From contig OZ024741.1 of the NCBI GenBank assembly GCA_964016885.1, positions 375,472,001 to 375,536,000 of the forward strand: a stretch of DNA of 64,000 nucleotides. Reading direction: 5' to 3'. Positions 55,988-64,000 of the stretch are shown here, in pieces (the first letter of the stretch is position 1; each line of letters starts with the position of its first letter). The notes under the pieces were generated by a model. That model worked only from the letters and a program-made list of their open reading frames with translations, had not been told where the DNA came from and did no database searches. The DNA comes from Eledone cirrhosa (taxonomy: Eukaryota). The position numbers and the translations under genes were made by a program.

Positions 55988-58760
55988 CTACGACTCTTGC
56001 GATCTTCGTAGTATTGGGGCAGAGCTCTGGGTTTCCACCTCATCTTGGGTTTCCTCTTCCTCGGAGTCCGTTGACACAGTGATTCTTCTTACATCCAGGA
56101 CATAACGTGGTACCCCGTCCACGGACACATTGTTCTTTGAATTTACGACCGTCACCGTTCCCCTTCCCCATTGAGATGTGCAACGTGCATCTGGGGGCTT
56201 AACCCAGACTTCTTCGCCCACCTGCACGAATGCACTCTCTCTCCTCACTGGCCGTTGTGGTGGCGTGCACGGGTGCCGCCACTCGTATTTGAATACTGCT
56301 CTGTGTGGCACTGATTCCTCGACCTGTCCAACCCGAGGGGACATATTGTACCAGAACACTGCCTCCATTGGTGAGATATGGCCCCGCTCCGCCATTGCCT
56401 AGATCGTCCGGTGGTGTCGCTCCACGATTCCATTCCCGCTCGGCCTGTGCGCCGCTCTGAAGAAACGGTGCACCTTCCATCCATCGAGCATCTCCCTCAG
56501 TGCCTCCGAGCGGAACGCTGCGCTGTTGTCCATCAGCAGTTCGTCCACAGGGCCCCGCTCCAAGAACACCTCTCTCAACGTCCGCACGATTTCCTCGGCC
56601 GTTCCAGTCCTCATCTCCCTCCATATCGCCATTCGACCTGGTCCACAGTCGACCATCGAGAGGTACGTTCCCTACCGGTAGTGCGTCACATCCACCGCTA
56701 ATCGCTTCCAGTCGCGATCCACCGGGAGGCTTCCCGTTTCGTGTACACCCGGGGCAGGATCAATGGACTGACATCGGACGCAGCCTCTACCCCCCCCCCC
56801 CCCCCCGAACACTGTGTCTGCTAACGTCCGAGTCGATTCTCCTGGCTAGGAACAGGCTCCTATCCACACCCATGTGGTGCATGTCATGCAACCCCTTCAG
56901 GTCTGACTCGGTCAACCGACACACGGCAGCTATCTCATCCTCTACCTCCTCCGGCACTTCCATCCAGGCTTTCTTCACTCTAGTTAAGATGTCCGCCCTA
57001 TTTTTCTCTGAGGGCACGAACACTACGCTCAGCTTCAGGTCGAACTCGGTGGCCAGCTCTCCAAACGTTCCCAGACGGCGCTTTATCAGAATCTCCGCCG
57101 CACCTCTCGTTCGCACTCTCTTCTCACTGGTGAGCACTGATCTTACCCATCCGAGTACAGTAGCCGAGTCGGTGCGTATCTCAATGGTGCGCATCCCCCA
57201 CCGCAGGGCGAGGTTCACCCTCTCAACACCGCGTCCAGCTCGGCCACATTGATGTGGCTGCAGTCGTCCTTCTTTCTAAGCCAGGCTGCATCCTCGACCT
57301 CAACACCTATCTCCAACGTGACACCCAGCGCTATGCTGCTGGCATCGCACCATACGGTCCCGCTCTGTGATTTGGGAACATACCAGCGTCCCCGCACTGG
57401 GTCGTCGGCCTTCACCCTCCCCACGATCTCCTGCATCATGGCCACCGTCCTCTCTCCCACTCTGTCACTCCAGGTCACCCCTCCCGCTCGTCTCTTGACA
57501 TAGCTGCATACCGTCTGGAGCCACCCAGCGATCGGGTAGTGACCCACCAGCTTTCCACACACCGAGAAAAGCTCCCGCCTACTCATACTTGGGCCCAGTT
57601 CCGGAACTTCGTTTCCCCTCTGGAACACCAAAACGCCCGTCTTGTCTCGCCGTAGCCTAAGTCCCAGCGCGGCTCCTCTCTCCAATGCTTCTGATGGCTT
57701 CGCAGTCAGTCCATACCTCCGCAAATGGCTCGTGACCTCCGCCGTCGACACCACCGACTCGTCCACTAGGATGTCGTCAATATAGGAGTTAGTAGCCCTC
57801 TTTATCTTGTCGGCCCTCCCCAGAGCGGTCTTGAGGACCGCCGCCATGATCTTCGGTGCGGAGCTCAGCCCGAAACCGAGCCTGGTCAGGCAATATGTCC
57901 GGCCCTTATACCTGACCAGCTGATACCGCCAGAGCTTCTCATCTATATGCAACTGCAAGTAAGCCGACTTTAGATCCACGATCGCTGAACCCCCGTCATG
58001 CGTCTCCACTCACGCAGGGTTTCCCCACAGACATCCGTGACCTCGCCACCCGTGTGGCATGACACGTGCTCGTTCAGCTCCCGATAGTCCAGTACCGGCC
58101 TCACCTTGCTCTTCGTGGGTTGCACCACCGCCATTAACGGCAATACTCCGCACTTCACCTCCTCCTACCAGGGAAGCAGTATGCCCTCTTCGATCCATCT
58201 CTCTACTTCTCGCTCGAACTCACTCCTAGCGTTTCCCTTCAATGTGTGTTGATAGCAGCCCACTTTGGTCTTCAGTGTTGGTGGTTCTCCCTTCCAGTAC
58301 CACTCAACAACCCATCGCTGCCCATCAAACACGGCCTTGAAGTCTTTGTCCTGTACAGTGTAAGCGGGGTATTCCTCCTCGTGGGCCTTCTGGTTCTCAT
58401 GACGTGCACTCACAGCGCATATCGATACAGCGGCGCCAAACAACACACAGACATTGTTCACCGTGACGCCCCCTAGACGGCCAACCGCGTACATGCCCAT
58501 AACCACGCCGATCCCATTAACCACATTGTCTACCACGATGGCGGAAAGCCTTATCCTCCTTCCCCGTACCGCTATTTCCATCTCGCTGCGACCTCGGCAT
58601 TCAATTTTCCTGCCGTCGACTGCCCTTACGCTGCTCTTCCATCCCCACCTCTGCGCCACCCCCACGGTTACCAGTGTCGTCGTACAGCCCGTATCCACGA
58701 GGGCTCGCTGTGGCTTCCCCCTCACGAAGACTTCCACCACGGGCAGCGCCGCTACTCGTA
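55988..58760 (-). pseudogene. pol: protease, RT, RNase H, integrase
   Basis: ALVDTGC, RPVLDYRELN, DLKSAY, YIDDI, WCDASS, AEL, TDS, NRADILT, HxxxHMG, LMDN, NGIVER. Confidence 0.9.
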
Positions 58761-58794
58761 AGGGGCAACTACCGGCGCAGTAGTTCCCTTGGAT

Positions 58795-59509
58795 CGTTTC
58801 CCTGGTCGCAGTTGGTAGCGATGTGGCCTGGTCGCTTACACCGGTAGCAAATTATCTCCGGCTCCGACTCTCTACAGTCTCTAGCCATGTGCGGGCCCTG
58901 GCACCGAAAACAGCGCCCTCTAAACGCACGCGGCCGCGTGCCGAGGTTGCCTCCCTTTCACCATTTCGCTGCCAGGTGTCCTGAACCTCCGTAGTTGCTA
59001 TCGCCGCAACACTCTTTTTGGCCATCTTCCGCTATGATCCGGGCTTGTTCCACCAGTGAACGCATTTCCATCTCTTTATAACCCGGGACTTGCTGCAGTT
59101 TCACCGCTATGTCGTCCGGAAATCTATTGATGAACACCAACCGCACCGTGCGTTCGCATTCCACCTGGTAACCGGCCAACATGGCCAACCGCCGTATTTC
59201 CGCTGCAAAAATGTTGACGCGCTCACCATTCCACCTGATTCTCGCCAGCTTAGCAAAAGCTGCCAACGGTCCCTCGGCGAATGCATCCATCAGACGCCTC
59301 TCAATCTTATGCGCATCTCTTTGGCTGTGCTCGTCCAACTCAAGGAAGAGTACCAATGCGTCGCCCTCGAGGTACAGTGCCATGAGGCCGGCCACGTCCT
59401 CTATCTTCTGAAAGCTTGCGACCAGCCGAAGCTTCCGCAGCCAAGCGACAACATCACCTTCCCCGGTAAATGCCCTAATAGCTTCGTTCATCCGTAGTCT
59501 TGTCGCCAT
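58795..59509 (-). pseudogene. gag with two zinc knuckles
   Basis: FTGEGDVVAWL..; CFRCQGPHMARDC and CYRCKRPGHIATNC after a frameshift. Confidence 0.8.
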
Positions 59510-59939
59510 CTTCTGATTTGTCTTGCGGCAAGTGTTTTTTTTTTCTTTTTTTTTTTTTTCAGTCGCCGAAATAGCTTGTGGATAGAAAAAGCTATCTCAC
59601 TTACCGCTTTTCGTAGGCGCCGCTAAACTCCACTGCAGGTTACTCCTCTTCCACGTGCGTCCAACTGCTTAACACCGGGAGCTGCCCAAAACTCGCGTCC
59701 ACACCGTTTGCTGGTCACCACTAAAGAGAGGCCCTCTGCTGGCCCTTCCGATCGAGCATCCTTCCGGCCAAACACCCTTCCGGCCAAACACCCTTCCGGT
59801 CGAGCACTCCCTTGCCTCCGGCCACCGCACGCCACACCATACCCACAGGGGAGAAATTAATAAAATAAAATAAAACTAGAACATACATAAACCTACATAT
59901 ATGCAACCAAACACACACACATACATATACATACATTTA

Positions 59940-60047
59940 TGAAAAGATTCAAGACTCCGACGGCTGAGCTGCGGCTGTTTTGACAGAATTCGGATCTAGC
60001 TGTCGAAATGACCAGAGCTTAGTCATCGGGGGTCCTGAATCTTTTCA
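59940..60047. mobile_element. Small palindromic MITE with TA flanks
   Basis: TA|TGAAAAGATTCA..TGAATCTTTTCA|TA, hairpin along most of its length. Confidence 0.7.
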
Positions 60048-60401
60048 TATTACCCACTAAACTACCCAAAGTATCAAGTACTCTGGTGGGTTATGATCTA
60101 GCTGGTTGTTACCACACCCTATTTGATATATATATATGACTCTCTACCACTTTTCTTCTACTACAATCTTCTTACACCACCTTCTTCTTCTCATCCATCC
60201 AATTCCTACGTGCCCGTCCCCTCAATCTATCTTATTTCTCATTCTTCTGATGAAGGACCCTCTTCCTGCTATATCAAGTGTTAACCTAATATATCCCTTC
60301 CATATACTGTACCGATTGTGTTGTTATTTCTGTTTACTTTTTACATACATATATATATATATACACATACATCTATATACATATATATATATATATATAT
60401 A

Positions 60402-60594
60402 TCATCATCATCATCATCATCATCAATGTTTAACGTCCGTGTTCCACGCTTGCATGGGTTTGGACGGGGGTTTTCCCACTTGAGGCAAGAGTGATTGTCT
60501 TGCTCGCATAGGGCTGTCTGGCGGGTTTTCTACAGCTGGATGCCCTTCCTATCACCAACCACATTTACAGTGTGGGGCTGGGAGGTTTTTACCG

Positions 60595-60595
<1 letters not shown>
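60402..60595 (-). mobile_element. SINE/RTE-type 3' tail with (CAT)n
   Basis: Matches 52948-53140. Confidence 0.7.
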
Positions 60596-60618
<23 letters not shown>

Positions 60619-60625
<7 letters not shown>

Positions 60626-61396
60626 GAGATAAGCAGAACAAGCAAAATTCAAACAATTTTTTTAAAAATTAAAAAAAAATATAATTTAAATATTTACCCA
60701 CTCCAGTGCTTTTACTGATCAGTTTCACTTCACAAAACATTAGAAATCCATGGGATCTCCAATGGAAAAGAGAAGATCTTCGGAAAGCATTTTACTTTCC
60801 TAGGGCAAAAAGTCCCAAGAACGGCAAAATATATTGCCTTCTACTAGCTAGTACAGGATCGAAAGAGGCCGAAATTTGACCTATACATGAACCAGTCCGT
60901 AGCAAAAGCGGAAGTAAACATAGACGTGTTGTCTGTCTCACCACTAAAAATAGCAGCTAAATAGAACAACAGATTTGTTCTCTACATAACGGAGAATATT
61001 AAATGAAGTTAATATGCCCACGGGTACTAAGTACCCCTGGAAATATATAGACTGTCTATGAAACAGGGTTCTTCAATGGTATTACTTTAACATACCAGAA
61101 CTATAATATTGAGATAAGCAGAACAAGTAAAATTCAAAAAAAAAAAAAAAAATATATAATTTAAATATTTACCCACTCCAGTGCTTTTACTGATTGTCAG
61201 TAAAAGCACTGGAGTGGGTAAATATTTAAATTATATTTAAAAAAAATTTTTTCTAAAAATTGTTTGAATTTTGCTTCTTCTGCTTATCTCAATATTATAG
61301 TTCTGGTATGTCAAAGTAATACCATTGAACAACCCTGTTTCATAGACACCCTATATATTTCCAGGGGTACTTAGTACCCGTGGGCATATTAACTTC

Positions 61397-61399
<3 letters not shown>
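60619..61399. mobile_element. Family-C element: ~485-bp unit + partial repeat + ~200-bp fold-back (centre 61195), in (TA)n
   Basis: ATATTGAGATAAGCAGAAC at 60621 and 61106; 61197-61399 is an inverted copy of 61002-61193. Confidence 0.85.
60707..60789 (-). ncRNA. Type I hammerhead ribozyme, extended helix II, CCGAAGA core (family C)
   Basis: UGCUUU-CCGAAGA-U-CUUC..GAAG-U-GAA-ACUGAUCAGU-A-AAAGCA. Confidence 0.75.
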
Positions 61400-61430
<31 letters not shown>

Positions 61431-61731
61431 ATCAGGAATTCTTTGCTTAAGCTTTTATATATCATATATGATGTGTGTGTCTTATTTCTTTTTAATATTG
61501 TTTACAATAGAATTGTACAGTAAACGTATTTTAATCATATTTAAACATATTTTTTTAACAGATTGTTTTTGTTCAAACTCACTGATGTTACTGAAGTTAG
61601 CCTATCATCATATATTTGATAGATATACCAAAATGATATACTAGTTATGTAAAACTATCATGTTATACTAACATATGTCCTCATGAGATACCACAAGATA
61701 ATTACTTTCCTGCCTTGCATGTTGGTGTTTA

Positions 61732-62826
61732 TCTATATATATATATAAAACTGTAGTTGTCTGTCTGTGTGTCCCCTCATTTTTGCAAAGTCTATTCGAA
61801 TCCACATTTCTACTCCGATTGACTTCAAACTTGCATTTATATATTCCTTGCGGTCTAAAGATATTAACTGCTACTTTTATTTTTCAATTTTCTGTTGTTA
61901 AAGGGGTGTTAGGCGCCGGTTATCCATCTCCGTCGTGCCCTTATAATATCTGTCTGTATGCCTGGCTGTCTGCATTACGACATTCTGACAAACATTGATG
62001 ACGTATTATGTTCACTATTTTCCGTTCATTGCCAGGGAACATCTTCACGAACCAAAGTATCATCTTCCTGTTTTCCTTCGGTTGCAACGTTTTACAAAAT
62101 ATTTACTTCTGCGTTCACAGATTGATTTTTTTTAGTTTCAGAAAATCCCGTTAAGGGTGAAAGCAGCGATTCTTTGCTTAAACATTAATCTGTTATTTTA
62201 ATATATGATATAAGCAAGGCAAGCTAGCCCAGTTACACTTCTTGCCAATAAACATTAACCCTTTGTGCGCCATTCATCTAACTGTAGACTAACAAATACC
62301 AGCTAAACGGAGCATTGACAAAAACGATGGCAAATGAATCTTCGAGGTAAGCAGTTTCCTCCCGAGCTGTTAGTTCACGTGGGATTCTCTGCTACACCTT
62401 TTCATAATAATACAGAAAAACGTACTGCTGTCACTCCTTCCTCCAAAAGCCGTACAAAGTGGACATGTGCATCGGGCAGATGGATCGGGTGCAAATCTAC
62501 ACCAGGTCTACGCGAGATATTCGCAAGGGACTGCACTGAGAGGGATAGAGAGAAAGAGTAACTTAGTGGAAAGAGTGCGAATGAACTTTTGAGGTAAGTA
62601 GCATACGCTTTACTGCTATGACACTGGAACCTTCTGCCAACTTAACCTGTGACTTTCTCTTTCACATTTACTCCAAAAGGCCAAAACTTCTTAATTTTCT
62701 CTTAATAAAACAAGTTTCCTGTCGGTATATTTTTGAGTTTTTAACAGGCACTCACAAATAAACGTTTCTCATTGGAGGTGCTATTACCAATGTTCTTACC
62801 CGTGCAACGCCGGGATACATTGCTAG
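61732..62826 (+). mobile_element. Non-autonomous Helitron/DINE-like element
   Basis: A|TC start, (GTCT)n, 3' hairpin CCCGTGCAACGCCGGG + CTAG|T. Confidence 0.75.
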
Positions 62827-62944
62827 TTTCATTTAAAAGTTTACATATGTCAGCGAGCTATGGTTTTTTTGTACACAAAATTTTTTTGTTTTTTTAAAAT
62901 CAAGTCTCAAAATTTACTCTATTGATTCACTTGAAAATATTTAA

Positions 62945-63165
62945 CCTTTTAACATTTAAACCAGTTGTATCCGGCCAGAATTCTCTCACCTCTTTCTGTT
63001 GAAAACAACTGTAATCAGCGACTCATACTGATGTTAAGGTATTATTCTCGAAATAAATAACATCAAAATCTCTTAGATTCGATATTATGCAAGATAATTA
63101 TGTGAGATAAAGTCTTTACAGTGAAAATATAATAGTAAATATAGAGTAATGTAAATTCTAAAGGG
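62945..63165. mobile_element. piggyBac-type MITE, diverged copy
   Basis: Colinear with 17734-17956. Confidence 0.75.
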
Positions 63166-63319
63166 TTCAACATTATTTTTTTCTAATTCTGTAAACATGA
63201 CAAGGCACACAACTTCTTAAGAGCCAATAAACTTCAGAGAAGAAAATGTTTTGAAACTTTTCTCCTATCTCTTCACAAGTATAAGTAAAATACTTTGCTT
63301 TTAAGAAGTTTAATCTTAA

Positions 63320-64000
63320 TATAATAATAATAATAATGAAATTATTGTGTACAGTGCTCAGGTGCACTACAACTCATCAAAGGTGCATGTATAGTACATA
63401 GAATAATGTTCAAATGTCAGGAAAATGAACAGTGTATGAGTCATGATATACATGTGTGCGCGTGTATGGAGGAGGATATCAGGTGTAGTGTTGGCGAATT
63501 TCAGGAAGTATGGAGGTTTTAAAGGATGCAGTGTCTCAGCTGCTAACAACTGATGCAGGTAGTTTCTTCCATGCTTCAGCAACTCTGAGTGTGAAAAAAT
63601 GTTTCCGAAAGTCATGGGAGCTGTGCTGTTTTCTGACTTTGTGGGCATGTCCACGTGTGTTAGACACATGGAAATCAAAAAGGTGCTCAGAGTTGTTGTT
63701 GGTAAGATGGTTAATAATTTTGTGGGCATTTACCAAGTCAGTTGTCAGACGTCGGAGCTTTAATGTATCCATGCCCAGGGAAGCAAGGCGTTCAGAGTAT
63801 GGTAGGTGCCTGATGGAGGGTATTCGCTTGGTTGCACGTCCCTGAACAGTTTCCAGGAGGTCAATGTTCTGAGCAGGATAGGGGTTCCAGACTGGTGATG
63901 CAAATTCTAAGTGTGGCTGCACCATAGCTAAATACAGCTTTAAATACATAGCTGGAGAGTGGCTGACAAAGGTCTTGCTGAGTGATGCTAAGACACTCTC
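63320..64000 (-). mobile_element. CR1/L2-group LINE 3' portion (continues beyond window)
   Basis: Reverse-complement match to 38430-39100. Confidence 0.9.

Larger units (their letters stand above)
55659..59847 (-). mobile_element. Gypsy LTR retrotransposon, full structure, frameshifted
   Basis: LTRs 55659-55913 and 59577-59847 (TG..CA), PPT AGGGGGGCG, TSD GGGCA/GGGGA, domain order gag-PR-RT-RH-IN. Confidence 0.95.

Noticed and set aside
60245-60300. CTGATGA core-like word (also at ~1590 and ~30130 on minus)
   Set aside because: No correctly placed GAAA or helices I/III

Overview
AT-rich eukaryotic (animal) repeat-dense DNA. The SINE/LINE repertoire and microsatellite load suggest an octopus/cephalopod genome (inference). 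No host gene could be supported, and most ORF-track entries are microsatellite or antisense artefacts. The window holds several Penelope-like elements (PLE; RT + GIY-YIG, Naiad-like) inserted in (TA)n, a decayed Tx1/L1-clade LINE next to (GATA)n, CR1/L2-type and RTE fragments, a 4.2-kb Gypsy LTR element, a solo LTR in a 34-bp satellite, Helitron derivatives, MITEs and many tRNA-derived SINEs. The main observation is about 16 type I hammerhead ribozyme (HHR) motifs, intact or decayed, found by manual folding. Several sit in non-coding 415-613 bp units with an unusual architecture: a long insertion in helix II, an extra nucleotide on each side of helix II, and a palindromic helix III. These units occur as tandem and fold-back arrays inside (TA)n, and one is fused to a PLE ORF. 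This is consistent with a family of non-autonomous, ribozyme-bearing (retrozyme-like) RNAs mobilised by PLEs. All structures were derived by eye, and coordinates of decayed repeats are approximate.
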